Translations under genes and position numbers: made by a program
Part shown: in pieces, positions 17,793 through 27,694 of the stretch
Layout of the letters: every line of letters begins with the position of its first letter
Position numbering within the stretch: position 1 is the first letter of the stretch
The notes under the pieces: model-generated
What the model was told of the DNA's origin: nothing
Seen by the model: the letters and a program-made list of their open reading frames with translations, nothing else
Databases searched by the model: none
Assembly (NCBI GenBank): GCA_964345105.1
Contig: CAYFPZ010000094.1
Span: 1 to 59,609 of the forward strand
Source of the DNA: Candidatus Hadarchaeota archaeon
GTDB taxonomy: Archaea; Hadarchaeota; Hadarchaeia; Hadarchaeales; Hadarchaeaceae
Direction of reading: 5' to 3'
DNA: 59,609 nucleotides

Positions 17793-19701
17793 TGGTCTCC
17801 AAGCTTCGAGGTGCTTTCGTCTCAACCTTGAAAAGTTTGTGCAGCGCGCTTGCTAGGTCGATACACTTGTTTTCATCACCATGGATGCATATGACGCGCT
17901 GCGGTTTGGGTGATACCCTTCGCACGTAGTTCAGCAACTGGGCCCGATCCGAGTGCCCGCTGAATCCCTCCACCGTTTGGACTTCCATGTTTACCTTCAC
18001 TTCCTCCACCTTCCCCTTCTCGTTGCGTAAGGGAACCTCGCGCCATCCCTTCTGGATGCGTCGCCCGAGTGAGCCCTCGCACTGGTACCCGACAAAGACA
18101 AGGGCGTTACGCGGGTCGGGCGCGAGGGTTTTAAAGTACTCGAGCACTGGGCCTCCGGCCATCATCCCTGCCGTTGATATGATTATCGCCGGATCGCCGT
18201 CGATTACCTGTGCGCGTTGGTCTGGACCCTTCACTCGCTCGAAGATATCGGAGAGGAACGGATTCTCGTCTACACGGAATATCCGTTCGCGCAGTTCTGA
18301 TGACAAATACTCTGGGTAAGCCGTGTGGATTGCCGTCGCCTCCCATATCATCCCATCTAGATAAACTGGCGTCCCGTCGAGTAGTCCCTTTCGCTCGTAA
18401 TCCTCAAGCAGTACCATAACCTCTTGCGCGCGCCCAACCGCGAATGCCGGCACAATAACCTTTCCACCACGCTTCGTGGTCTCGGTCACGATTCGAATGA
18501 ATTCCTTCTCAGCATTTGCGCGGAAGGGCTGGATGTCCTCAGCGCCTCCGTATGTGCTGTCCATGACGAGGGTCTCCAAGCGGGGGAATGTGTAGACCGC
18601 AGGGGAGAATAGGCGCGTACGATCGAACTTCAAGTCGCCCGTGTACACGAGGTTGTAGACTCCCTCACCAACGTGGATGTGTGCAATCGAGGAACCTAAG
18701 ATGTGTCCCGCGTTATGGAAGGTAATCCGGACGTCGGGTGCGATGTCGGTCACATCGCTGTAATCGAGCGGAATGCAATGACGAAGGAAAGTGTTGATGT
18801 CGCGCTTGTTGTAAGGGAGTGGTCGATCCTCGCGCTCAGCGATGCCCACGTAGTCCAGCTGAAGAAGTACGGCGAGGTCGCGTGTGGCTGGAGTACAATA
18901 GACGGGCCCTTCAAACCCGTACTTGAAGAGATAAGGAACGAACCCGCAATGATCGAGGTGGGCATGAGTGAGAATCACAGCGTCCAGTTCGGGCAACCTA
19001 ATCTCAGGGATTTCAAGGTGAGGAAAAGCCCGATCCTCGGACGCGACATTTACACCGCAGTCAATCATGACTCGGCTTTCAGGGGTCTGAAGCAAAAACG
19101 AGGAGCGCCCAACCTCGCGCGACCCCCCTAGAGTCGTAAAGCGGACCCAGTCGCCCTTGCTCTTGGGCTCACGGTGGATTCGCCTGCCTATCTTCCGCAG
19201 AATGTCGCGTCGCTTGGTACCACCTTGGATCATAGAGAGGCGGATGTTCCGCACAATTTCTGATTTGATAGGTGGCGCCCGCACCACCCGAGGCGTCCAG
19301 CTGATTTTCCGCATTATCTCGCGGAGCAAGGAGCCGCCCCGGCCTATGGCTATTCCTGGCTTCTGCGCCTCGATGGTAACTTCCCCCACATCCTGGCTGA
19401 AAATTATATCGGTTATTCCAGCCTCGGCAGGGACAAGGCTTCGGATGTCTTTTTCGGCTTTCTTAGGCTCGGTCAAGATTTTAGGGTCTGGACGGAGGAT
19501 TATTCGTTTCCGGATTTTACGTGCAAACTCCTTTATCACCTCGCCGTTCTCCATTAGAAGGCCAAGATTCTTGCAGTAGAACACGACCCTCGGGCCCTCG
19601 AAATCGATATCGGAGATCGCGCTGGCAAAAGGTGTCTCATCTCGCACAATTCGCTTGATTTCCTGTAATAGCTCTTCCGCAGCCATATTTTCCCCTTTCA
19701 A
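17779..19701 (-). CDS. beta-CASP ribonuclease aCPSF1 (KH-KH-MBL-beta-CASP; termination factor FttA-like)
   Basis: 640 aa. N-terminal KH region (IAIGRGGSLLREI), MBL motif HAHLDHCG, C-terminal GHSD...IHGD. Confidence 0.93.
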   Translation of the reverse strand: MKGENMAAEELLQEIKRIVRDETPFASAISDIDFEGPRVVFYCKNLGLLMENGEVIKEFARKIRKRIILRPDPKILTEPKKAEKDIRSLVPAEAGITDIIFSQDVGEVTIEAQKPGIAIGRGGSLLREIMRKISWTPRVVRAPPIKSEIVRNIRLSMIQGGTKRRDILRKIGRRIHREPKSKGDWVRFTTLGGSREVGRSSFLLQTPESRVMIDCGVNVASEDRAFPHLEIPEIRLPELDAVILTHAHLDHCGFVPYLFKYGFEGPVYCTPATRDLAVLLQLDYVGIAEREDRPLPYNKRDINTFLRHCIPLDYSDVTDIAPDVRITFHNAGHILGSSIAHIHVGEGVYNLVYTGDLKFDRTRLFSPAVYTFPRLETLVMDSTYGGAEDIQPFRANAEKEFIRIVTETTKRGGKVIVPAFAVGRAQEVMVLLEDYERKGLLDGTPVYLDGMIWEATAIHTAYPEYLSSELRERIFRVDENPFLSDIFERVKGPDQRAQVIDGDPAIIISTAGMMAGGPVLEYFKTLAPDPRNALVFVGYQCEGSLGRRIQKGWREVPLRNEKGKVEEVKVNMEVQTVEGFSGHSDRAQLLNYVRRVSPKPQRVICIHGDENKCIDLASALHKLFKVETKAPRSLETIRLH

Positions 19702-19723
19702 GCAGTTATTTAAAGCAGTTAAA

Positions 19724-20389
19724 TTAAGCCAATTTTTTAATCTCTTCGGGCGAAAGTTCGCGATATCCCTTACTTGTTATTGCCGCAACCATAACTTCGT
19801 TGCCCGTGGCAATATCGCGCTTTATCGCCGTTTTTACAGCCTTGATTGCAATAGGCAAGGCTTCCTCGATGCTCATACCCTCCTTAAACTCGGTTTCGAG
19901 CACACCATATGCAACCGGTGAACCCGAGCCCGTAGCAACCATGGTTTCCTCAGTCAGGGCACCATCGATGTCGACGAAGAACAACTTAGGGCCGGAATCA
20001 TCAGAGCCTCCAATCAGCAGGTTCGCGATGTAAGGGAGTAGGCCGTATGCGTGGAGGATGTTAGCGGCGAGTCTGGCACTTGCTCGCACGTTCATTTGGG
20101 CCCCCTCGCGCAGTAAGTAGTAGCTGGCCTCGGCTTGGAGTGTGTTCACTAAGCTCTGAGTGTCCGCGACCCCTCCCGCGGTGGTGACGCCGATGGTGTC
20201 GGTTATCTTAAACACCTTCCGTGCTTGCTTGCTCGCCACGAGATAGCCCATCGTGGCCCGAGTGTCCGTAGCGAACACCACTCCGTCTCGGCAAGCGAGC
20301 CCGACCGTCGTCGTCCCTTCAAGATGTTTAAGCTTTGATTTTTCCAATCTAATTCCTCGCTGGAAAAAATGCTGCACTAGAAGCAGCAA
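19724..20389 (-). CDS. psmB: Proteasome subunit beta
   Basis: Propeptide followed by GTTTVGLACRDGVVFATDTRAT (the Thr1 nucleophile context). The start within the propeptide is uncertain. Confidence 0.93.
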   Translation of the reverse strand: MLLLVQHFFQRGIRLEKSKLKHLEGTTTVGLACRDGVVFATDTRATMGYLVASKQARKVFKITDTIGVTTAGGVADTQSLVNTLQAEASYYLLREGAQMNVRASARLAANILHAYGLLPYIANLLIGGSDDSGPKLFFVDIDGALTEETMVATGSGSPVAYGVLETEFKEGMSIEEALPIAIKAVKTAIKRDIATGNEVMVAAITSKGYRELSPEEIKKLA

Positions 20390-20409
20390 TTTAGAGCTAG
20401 CGTTAACTG

Positions 20410-20417
20410 TATATAAA
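20410..20417 (+). promoter_or_regulatory. Candidate TATA box upstream of egsA (divergent spacer with psmB)
   Basis: TATATAAA lies about 33 nt upstream of the ATG at 20450 in a short AT-rich spacer. Confidence 0.35.
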
Positions 20418-20449
20418 GTTTATCAGCCAACAGAAGTGCGGTAAAACTG

Positions 20450-21496
20450 ATGAAAGAACCCAAACGTATAGAGCTGCCTCGCGAGGTTTGGATAGGCCCA
20501 CGCGTGATTGCGCAGGTCACTAACGTTTGCAAGCGCTTGTGTCCCGGCAAACATGGCTTAATAATTGCCGACGCCACGACTTTCAAACTGGTTGGAGCTG
20601 GAGTTCAACGTTCACTTAAACATGCTGGTTTTGAGGTCGAGTGCTCGTTAGTCAAGCAGGCGGATATGGCGACCGTCGCTAAGGTTCGGAAGCTCGCCAA
20701 AGACAAAGTAAACTTTCTGCTGGGTGTCGGAGGTGGCACATGCATAGATGTGGCAAAGCTAGCCTCGTTCAAGGAGGGCAAGCCCTTTATCTCAGTACCC
20801 ACTGCTGCTTCTCATGACGGCATCGCTTCCTCCAGGGCTTCAATCAAGGGTGGACGAAAACCGACGTCAATAGAAACTCACGCCCCCATCGCAATCATCG
20901 CAGACACCCTCATCATCAAACGCGCGCCTCATCGCCTGCTCGCAGCTGGTTGCGGGGACCTCGTGGCGAACTTCACAGCGGTCCGCGACTGGAATCTCGC
21001 GCATCGATTGTTTGACGAACCCTACAGTGAACATGCTACAGCTCTCTCGCTCCTCAGTTCCCAGATTGTGATGGAGAATGCTGAGCTCATTAAAAAACAC
21101 ACCGAAGAGAGCGTGCGCAAGGTCGTGAAGGCGCTGATCTCAAGCAGCGTAGCGATGGGAATCGCTGGGAGCAGCCGCCCGGCGAGTGGCGCAGAGCATT
21201 TGTTTAGTCACGCACTTGATCAGCTCAACCCCAAACCTGCGCTCCATGGTGAGCAGTGTGGCGTCGGGGCGGTGATGATGGCATACTTGCACGGGGAGGA
21301 CTGGCAGACAATCCGAGAAGCGCTCCGCACGATAGGATGTCCTACGAACGCGAAGGAACTCGGCATTCCAGCGAAGTATGTAGTTAAAGCTCTTACCACG
21401 GCGCATCGGATAAGACCTGAACGCTACACCGTGCTAGGTTCTGGGTTGAGCAAACGCGCGGCAGAACGGCTGGCGAGAACAACAGAAGTAATTTAG
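20450..21496 (+). CDS. egsA: sn-glycerol-1-phosphate dehydrogenase (archaeal lipid backbone)
   Basis: 348 aa. LLGVGGGTCIDVAKLAS, PTAASHDGIAS and GAEHLFSH...HGEQCG are iron-ADH-fold G1PDH motifs. Confidence 0.9.
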   Translation: MKEPKRIELPREVWIGPRVIAQVTNVCKRLCPGKHGLIIADATTFKLVGAGVQRSLKHAGFEVECSLVKQADMATVAKVRKLAKDKVNFLLGVGGGTCIDVAKLASFKEGKPFISVPTAASHDGIASSRASIKGGRKPTSIETHAPIAIIADTLIIKRAPHRLLAAGCGDLVANFTAVRDWNLAHRLFDEPYSEHATALSLLSSQIVMENAELIKKHTEESVRKVVKALISSSVAMGIAGSSRPASGAEHLFSHALDQLNPKPALHGEQCGVGAVMMAYLHGEDWQTIREALRTIGCPTNAKELGIPAKYVVKALTTAHRIRPERYTVLGSGLSKRAAERLARTTEVI

Positions 21497-21706
21497 TTTG
21501 GTGGGTGTAACCCTACTATCGAGCCCTTCAACCACTTTTTCCTGATTTTCCCACTGAACTTCCCGTCCTCGATAATAAATGGACTTCGATATTCACACTT
21601 TTGGCAACCGCATATTGACCAGAGCTGGAGTCCTAGAGGCCCATTTAAGTCTTGAAGAACCGCAAAAAGCTGTGTTACTTCGGTACTTCTTTCATTATCT
21701 TAACCG

Positions 21707-22363
21707 CTAGAGTTCAAGCAGTTTGGCTCTAATTTCATTGGCGCCGTTTATAGCTATCTCAGCGGCATAACCCTTGCTGATTGGCCCGGGGTTAACCATC
21801 AAGGTTCGCCCCAGCTTGTCGGTGTTTCGGGCCTCATGCACGTGGCCGCAGAGCGCCACCAACGGCTGTTTCTGCTCAATGAATTTGCGTATGCTCTTGC
21901 TCCCAACATGAGTACCATCGGCGATCTGATCGAGCTTAGTGCCATAGGGTGGGGCGTGGGTAACCAATACCCTGTTGTCGTTGGGAGTGCAGGCTAGAGC
22001 CGCCAGTTCCTCTTGAATTTCCACCTCGGTGAGTTCAAAGGGGGTGTTGAAAGGGGTTAGATTAGAACCCCCCAGCCCCACAAAGGTGATGTCGTCGAGC
22101 TGCTCGCACTTGCTGTGGAGGTTAACCCCGTACTTGTCGAACACCTGCAGAATCTGCTTGGGGTCACAGTTCCCTGGTATCGCAAATGTGGACACGCCCG
22201 TCGCCTTGATCCGCTCGAGCAAGCTCTCAGCGAGATTAGCCGGGCCGAAGTTCGTGAGGTCACCTATAAGCACGACACAATCATAGCCACGTTCGAGAAA
22301 CTTCAAAAGGTTTTGCTCACCGTTTGGTCTACCATGGAAGTCAGCTACCGCCAAAATCTTCAA
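21707..22363 (-). CDS. Metallophosphoesterase (calcineurin-like)
   Basis: KILAVADFHG...VLIGDLTNFG...GNCD...GHVHE motifs. TTG start. Confidence 0.85.
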   Translation of the reverse strand: MKILAVADFHGRPNGEQNLLKFLERGYDCVVLIGDLTNFGPANLAESLLERIKATGVSTFAIPGNCDPKQILQVFDKYGVNLHSKCEQLDDITFVGLGGSNLTPFNTPFELTEVEIQEELAALACTPNDNRVLVTHAPPYGTKLDQIADGTHVGSKSIRKFIEQKQPLVALCGHVHEARNTDKLGRTLMVNPGPISKGYAAEIAINGANEIRAKLLEL

Positions 22364-22420
22364 CTGCCCACCGAAGCTTATAGGCGACAGAGAGCATTAA
22401 AAGTGTTTTGGGTCTTAAAA

Positions 22421-23506
22421 ATGATAAGCACGTTGCTAGAGAAGTTTAGAGATCGCGGTTTGGCGACTCGAATACTGCGGAAAATCCGAGAGCTCAGCCC
22501 AAATCGCAAAGTAAAATTCATGCATGTGTGCGGGAGTCACGAGCTAACCATCACAAAATTTGGTCTCCGCTCACTTTTTCCCGATTGGCTCGAAGTGATT
22601 AGCGGCCCCGGCTGTCCAGTTTGTGTAACAAACGTGGCGGAAATCGACGAAGCGATTGAGCTTGCTAAACAGGGGCACCTCATCACCACCTTTGGCGACA
22701 TGTTTCAGGTCCCCGGAACCCAAACTTCGCTCTCTGGTGCAAAGACCGAAGGCGCTGACATCAGAATAGTCTATGGTGTGGCGGATGCAGTCGAAACGGC
22801 GCGACGAAATCCTGGGCGAGATGTCATCCACGCGGCCGTTGGGTTTGAGACGACCGCCCCCACTACCGCTTCCGAACTCCTTCGCGAACCCCCCGAGAAT
22901 TTCAGCTTACTTGTGTGCCATCGCCTGATCCCTCCCGCGATGAAGTTTCTGCTCGCGTCCGGGGAGGCCGCACTTGACGGGTTCATCTGCCCAGGCCATG
23001 TCTCGACTATCATCGGTTCTAGGCCCTACGAGCCTCTCTCAAAGCGCTACGGGGTACCACAGGTGATCGCTGGATTTGAGCCTATCGATGTCCTGCTCGG
23101 AGTCTGGATGTTGTTAAAGCAGTTGCACGAGGGGAAGGGCGAAGTGGAGATTGAATACACCCGCTCGGTTAGATCAGAGGGGAATGTAGTGGCACAAGAA
23201 AAAATGCGTGAGGTGTTCAAAATTGTGGACAAGCGATGGCGCGGCTTCCCGGTAATCCCTAAGTCGGCCCTTCAGTTAAAGCGTGAGTTCAAAGAGTATG
23301 ATGCACGTGCAAGATTTGATGTTCACGTGGAGAGCATGGCAGATTTCGCAAAGGGATGCAGGTGCGGCGAGGTACTTAGAGGGCTAATTCACCCCAGTGA
23401 ATGCCCGCTGTTTAACAAAACGTGCACCCCAGAGCACCCAGTAGGGCCATGTGCCGTAACCACAGAGGGCGCATGTAACATTGCAATGAAGCACCAGCCA
23501 TCATAA
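22421..23506 (+). CDS. hypD: [NiFe]-hydrogenase maturation protein HypD
   Basis: FMHVCGSHE, GPGCPVCVT, FETTAP and the C-terminal CRCGEVLRG...PSECPLF...CTPEHPVGPCAVTTEGAC. The start is set at the ATG at 22421. The track ORF extends 306 nt upstream, antisense into the neighbouring gene. Confidence 0.9.
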   Translation: MISTLLEKFRDRGLATRILRKIRELSPNRKVKFMHVCGSHELTITKFGLRSLFPDWLEVISGPGCPVCVTNVAEIDEAIELAKQGHLITTFGDMFQVPGTQTSLSGAKTEGADIRIVYGVADAVETARRNPGRDVIHAAVGFETTAPTTASELLREPPENFSLLVCHRLIPPAMKFLLASGEAALDGFICPGHVSTIIGSRPYEPLSKRYGVPQVIAGFEPIDVLLGVWMLLKQLHEGKGEVEIEYTRSVRSEGNVVAQEKMREVFKIVDKRWRGFPVIPKSALQLKREFKEYDARARFDVHVESMADFAKGCRCGEVLRGLIHPSECPLFNKTCTPEHPVGPCAVTTEGACNIAMKHQPS

Positions 23507-23721
23507 TCTTAAATCGCTTTTTCCTCTCCGGGTAATTTAGTTACTTTGGCCCCATAATTAATACCTAGCATTTAGACGTGAGGATTAATGATTAGCATAA
23601 ATATCCCTTATTTTTCATTTTAAAGACGCATATTTTTCAATTTTAGAATTTATATGGTGATATATGCCTTTTTTTACCAAAATAGTTAAAAATTCATTAT
23701 TTTTGCTGATTTAGAGGAAAA

Positions 23722-23729
23722 TTTTTATA
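23722..23729 (+). promoter_or_regulatory. Candidate TATA box for the ADP-forming acetyl-CoA synthetase operon (leaderless or near-leaderless)
   Basis: TTTTTATA lies about 21-28 nt upstream of the TTG at 23750 and the GTG at 23759, inside a 240-bp AT-rich spacer. Confidence 0.4.
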
Positions 23730-23749
23730 CCACTTGCCTATAATGTAGC

Positions 23750-24490
23750 TTGTTCTCGGTGATTGAGTTGGTTGCAGCAAAGAAAAATGTGACTGAAATC
23801 CTCAGCTCGATTCGTAAGGAGGGCAGACTTGAGTTAACGGAACTAAATTCCAAGCTAATCCTCGCTGCCTGGGGGATACCAGTAAATCGAACTGAGCTTG
23901 CTCGTGACCTGAGCGAGGCCGTTAAAGTTGCACGAGAGATTCGTTATCCTCTCGTCTTAAAAATTGCTTCCCCCGACATCATTCATAAGAGCGAAGCTAA
24001 TGGCATTAAAGTTGGATTAACCTCGGAGCTGGAGCTTCGACAATCGTTTGATGAACTAATCGATAACGCTCACGCATACAAGCCAAACGCGAAAATTCTC
24101 GGAGTGACAATCCAAGAATACCTTCCTCCTGCCCGCGAGGTGATCGTGGGCGCTCTGCAGGCCCCCTCCTTCGGCGCTACGGTGACGTTCGGGTTAGCGG
24201 GCGTATGGACCGAGGTACTTAAGGACATCAGCTTCAGGTTGGCTCCGCTCAACGCTGAGGACGCGCGCGAGATGATTCAAGAGATTAAGGGCTACCCAGT
24301 GCTCGCGGGCATCCAGAAGGCGTCTCCAGCCGACATCAATGCGCTCGTTGACATCATCCAAAAGGTCGGGCAGCTAGCGCACGAGTTCCCTGAATTAACC
24401 GAGATAGAGCTGAACCCAATTTTCGCGTTTGACAACGGGAAGGGTGCGGTGACAGCCGACGCCCGAATAGTCCTTGGGAGGAGCAAGTAA
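23750..24490 (+). CDS. ADP-forming acetyl-CoA synthetase, beta subunit (ATP-grasp)
   Basis: 246 aa. LTELNSKLILAAWGIPV...YPLVLKIASPDIIHKSEANGIKVGL...ELNPIFA. TTG or GTG start. Confidence 0.85.
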   Translation: MFSVIELVAAKKNVTEILSSIRKEGRLELTELNSKLILAAWGIPVNRTELARDLSEAVKVAREIRYPLVLKIASPDIIHKSEANGIKVGLTSELELRQSFDELIDNAHAYKPNAKILGVTIQEYLPPAREVIVGALQAPSFGATVTFGLAGVWTEVLKDISFRLAPLNAEDAREMIQEIKGYPVLAGIQKASPADINALVDIIQKVGQLAHEFPELTEIELNPIFAFDNGKGAVTADARIVLGRSK

Positions 24491-25827
24491 TGTCGGGCGA
24501 AGTTAAAGCAATTTTCGAGCCGAAATCAGTCGTACTAATAGGCGCTTCTGCTAGGGAAGGAGTGGGGGCGGCCTCGCCAGCTTTTTTTGGCTCGCTCGTT
24601 CAAAACACGCTTCACTCCTTTAAGGGTAAAACTCACATCGTTGATTTTAGCGGAAAGCTTGAAGGTGCTGTCAAAAAGTTAAATCAAGTCCCCAGTGGAT
24701 GCGATATTGCAGTAATAGTGTTGCCCCCAAAACTTGTTATGAAAAATTTACGGAAGCTGTTTGCTCGAAAAGTGAAAGCCATGGTTTTGGTTGCGGGAGG
24801 TTTTGATCAACACCAGCTAGAGGAACTCACACGTGTAGCCGCCAAACAAAAGGTTCGAATGCTTGGCCCAAACGTGACAGCGGGAGTGATCAACACGGTG
24901 AAGGGTTTGTGTATAACTATTGAGCGTGGAATCATGCCACCATGCGGTGGCATCGCAATTATCTCGCAGAACTGCGCGGTTGGAACGGCGATGCTTGATC
25001 GGGCCTGCTCTTACAGTGCAGGCGTGAGCAAATTTGCGTCAATCGGTGAGGGCGCCGATATCACAGAAACGGACTTGCTTGAATTTCTAACCCAAGACAA
25101 GGAAACGAAGGTAATTTGTATTTACTTAGAAAGCGTTCGCGATGGGCGAAAGTTTCTTAAGTCAATTCGAGAAGCGTTGAAAAAAAAGCCAGTCGTCGTA
25201 CTGAAGGGGCGCACGATGCGCGAAGGGATTAAGCGGAATAAAATATTCGTCGCTGCCCTTAAGCAGGTCGGCGCTCTTCGGGTCAGTGATACCGAGGAGC
25301 TCCTTAGCGTCGCGGATGCTCTGGCGAAACAGCCATGCATGCGGGGCAATAGAGTGGCTGTAATCACTAACGTTAGTGGGCCGGCAGTTTTAGTGGCGGA
25401 CATGTTATCCCGCGAGAGGTTAGCATTGGCGAAACTCTCCGATAAAGTCATGAAGAAAATCATTCAGAAATATCCGAATATCAGCATAGCGGATTGGGTG
25501 GACCTCGGCATTGACGCAAATGGCGATCGGTACAAGTTTGTTCTTGAACAAGTGCTATCGGACTCGGGTGTCGATGGTGTGGTAGTAGTAAACGAACTCA
25601 AGTCGACGTTTCTCAAACTCGAAGATTTTCAGGAAGTAGCAAAAGCAATGAAAAAGTCGAAGAATATACCGGTGGTCGACATTGTGATGTGTGGGAAGGA
25701 CTGCGCTCTTGTGCGGGAGAAGCTTCGAGGTAAAGATGTCTGCGTTTATGATTCACCTAGGAAAGCTGCTCAAGCTTTATGCGCACTTTGCTCATATGAA
25801 AAAACTCGGAAGAGATTTGGAAAATGA
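24490..25827 (+). CDS. ADP-forming acetyl-CoA synthetase, alpha subunit (CoA-binding + CoA-ligase domains)
   Basis: 445 aa. IFEPKSVVLIGAS...VRMLGPN...ISQNCAVGTAMLD...FASIGEGADI. The start overlaps the beta-subunit stop (TAATG). Confidence 0.85.
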   Translation: MSGEVKAIFEPKSVVLIGASAREGVGAASPAFFGSLVQNTLHSFKGKTHIVDFSGKLEGAVKKLNQVPSGCDIAVIVLPPKLVMKNLRKLFARKVKAMVLVAGGFDQHQLEELTRVAAKQKVRMLGPNVTAGVINTVKGLCITIERGIMPPCGGIAIISQNCAVGTAMLDRACSYSAGVSKFASIGEGADITETDLLEFLTQDKETKVICIYLESVRDGRKFLKSIREALKKKPVVVLKGRTMREGIKRNKIFVAALKQVGALRVSDTEELLSVADALAKQPCMRGNRVAVITNVSGPAVLVADMLSRERLALAKLSDKVMKKIIQKYPNISIADWVDLGIDANGDRYKFVLEQVLSDSGVDGVVVVNELKSTFLKLEDFQEVAKAMKKSKNIPVVDIVMCGKDCALVREKLRGKDVCVYDSPRKAAQALCALCSYEKTRKRFGK

Positions 25828-25977
25828 AGAAGGAAACGGAAAAATATTTCACCCGAATGTCGTACCCAACGGGATCTTAACGAATGATTAGCAGCGAGCA
25901 CCTGTAGGAGCTGATAAAGAAGAAATTTAGAGAGAAATCGGAATCGGTTAGGCGAGAGTTGAATCTCTTGTTAGCAT

Positions 25978-27312
25978 CTACTTAGTCAGAAACTGCCCGT
26001 ATCCAGGCTTTCCAACTACATCTCCATCCTTGGCCACTACAATGCCTCGCAAAATCGTCATTATGGGGGCGCCCTTAATCCTCATTCCCTCGTAAGGAGT
26101 CCAGCCAACTTTGTAATGCATTTTTTTAGCAGCTATCGTTGCCTCCTTCTTGAGGTCCACGATCACTAGGTCAGCATCGGAGCCCTCGCTGATGACCCCT
26201 TTGCGCGGGTAGAGACCGAAGATTTGCGCAGGCTGGGTACAGAGTGCATCGACAAGTCGTTCGAACGTCAGCCTGCCCTTCGCGACACCCTCGCTAAGCA
26301 TGAGCGGCAATAAGGTTTCTACGCTCGGAACGCCGACTTGGGCTGTCCAGATATTTTCCCACCCGACCTCCTTCTCCGCCTTGGTGCTGGGTGCATGGTC
26401 GCTCGAAACGATATCGATTGTTCCCTCAGCCAAAGCATTCCAGAGCGCCGCACAGTCTTCACTTTTTTTCAACGCGGGATTTACCTTTAGGTACGGTCCC
26501 AACCTTTGCATGTCTTCTCGCGTGAAAAGCAGATAGTGCGGGCATATTTCGCTGGTTACTGGTATCCGTTTCTCTTTCGCCTTTTTGACGAGCTCAGCAC
26601 CTTGGCGTGTCGTGATGTGGGCTAAGTGCAGTTTACAGCCGGTCCGTTTGGCGAGCATGATCATTTTTTCGATAGCTTTTCCCTCGGCTTCATTCGGGCA
26701 CGATTCCGCATGAGCTAATGGATCCCTCCGTCCTTCCTTGAGGAGCCTCTCAGTGTGCCTCTGCAGAACTTTTTCGTCCTCTGCGTGAACAAATGCAATG
26801 CCACCAATATTTTTTATCGCGGCCATCAGCTTCTCTAAAACCGGGTCTTCGATACGGTAGAAAGCACATGTAAATGCCTTGAAAGATTTAACGCCAAGCG
26901 TGACGAGCGTGGGGATATCTTTGATTGAATCAGCGGTCATTTTTCCCGCGTGGAGATCAAAATCTATAAAGCTCTCCCTTTGCCCGGATTCAATGATATT
27001 TTTTATCATTTTTGGCGTCAACATCGAGGTGTCGAGGGGCGTCACAATTACACTGGTGATGCCTCCCGCTGCGGCCGCGGCACTACCATTTTGAAAATCC
27101 TCTCGAAAGGGATGACGGTGGTCGTAGAAGTGGACATGGGCGTCGATAGCTCCAGGCATCACAATTTTATCCCTCGCGTTGATTTCTTGATCAGCCTTAG
27201 GCAACCCACTCGCAGCAATTTCAGAGATGCGTCCTTCTTCGACCGCGAGCTCTCCGCGGATGATTCCCTCAGGTAAAACCAAGCGCGCATTTCGAATGAC
27301 TAAATCAGCCAA
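25978..27312 (-). CDS. Cyclic amidohydrolase (dihydroorotase / dihydropyrimidinase / allantoinase family)
   Basis: 444 aa. PGAIDAHVHF (HxH), GVKSFKAF (carboxylated-Lys context), HAEDE, LHLAHITT and VSSDHAP. TTG start. The subfamily cannot be resolved by eye. Confidence 0.85.
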   Translation of the reverse strand: MADLVIRNARLVLPEGIIRGELAVEEGRISEIAASGLPKADQEINARDKIVMPGAIDAHVHFYDHRHPFREDFQNGSAAAAAGGITSVIVTPLDTSMLTPKMIKNIIESGQRESFIDFDLHAGKMTADSIKDIPTLVTLGVKSFKAFTCAFYRIEDPVLEKLMAAIKNIGGIAFVHAEDEKVLQRHTERLLKEGRRDPLAHAESCPNEAEGKAIEKMIMLAKRTGCKLHLAHITTRQGAELVKKAKEKRIPVTSEICPHYLLFTREDMQRLGPYLKVNPALKKSEDCAALWNALAEGTIDIVSSDHAPSTKAEKEVGWENIWTAQVGVPSVETLLPLMLSEGVAKGRLTFERLVDALCTQPAQIFGLYPRKGVISEGSDADLVIVDLKKEATIAAKKMHYKVGWTPYEGMRIKGAPIMTILRGIVVAKDGDVVGKPGYGQFLTK

Positions 27313-27334
27313 AACATCACCGGGTTAGGATAAG

Positions 27335-27547
27335 TTATGCGCGTATCCTCGAGGCAGCTGCGCGAATATCACCTTCGTTCACAGTTTTCGCGCCACGATG
27401 TTTAGCTAACTTTATCGCTTCATTTGACAGCTCAGTCGCATATTCCTCAAGAATTGCGCTGAGTTCAAGGGCGGCGTCGCGCGACACACGAACTTTAGCT
27501 GCTTTTCGAATAATACGCTCCATTGTGGATACTGAAAATTCTGACAT
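27335..27547 (-). CDS. Archaeal histone (HMf-type histone fold)
   Basis: 70 aa. STMERIIRKAAKVRVSRDAALELSAILEEYATELSNEAIKLAKHRGAKTVNEGDIRAA, a single histone fold. Confidence 0.85.
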   Translation of the reverse strand: MSEFSVSTMERIIRKAAKVRVSRDAALELSAILEEYATELSNEAIKLAKHRGAKTVNEGDIRAAASRIRA

Positions 27548-27694
27548 GTTCTCGTCACCATATTCAAATGATTTAAGGGTTTATTTGTGTTTGGTGATAT
27601 CTCCTACGGCTGAAGCATATGGGTTTCTAACTCGTCCAATTCTAAGGCACCGAAAGTTTAAATGCACGCCGATGATTTTGTTCTCAGGGATTGA

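Noticed and set aside
21497-21706. Stop-free minus-strand frame reading ...WSICGCQKCEYRSPFIIEDGKFSGKIRKKWLKGSIVGLHPPN* in the convergent spacer between egsA and the phosphoesterase gene.
   Set aside because: It has no ATG, GTG or TTG in frame after the upstream stop and is not in frame with the phosphoesterase gene. It is under 60 codons. It could be a gene remnant, but I cannot support it.
22115-22420. 102-codon N-terminal extension of the hypD ORF (463-aa version).
   Set aside because: The extension runs antisense through the metallophosphoesterase gene. HypD homology starts at the ATG at 22421 (MISTLLEKFRD...).
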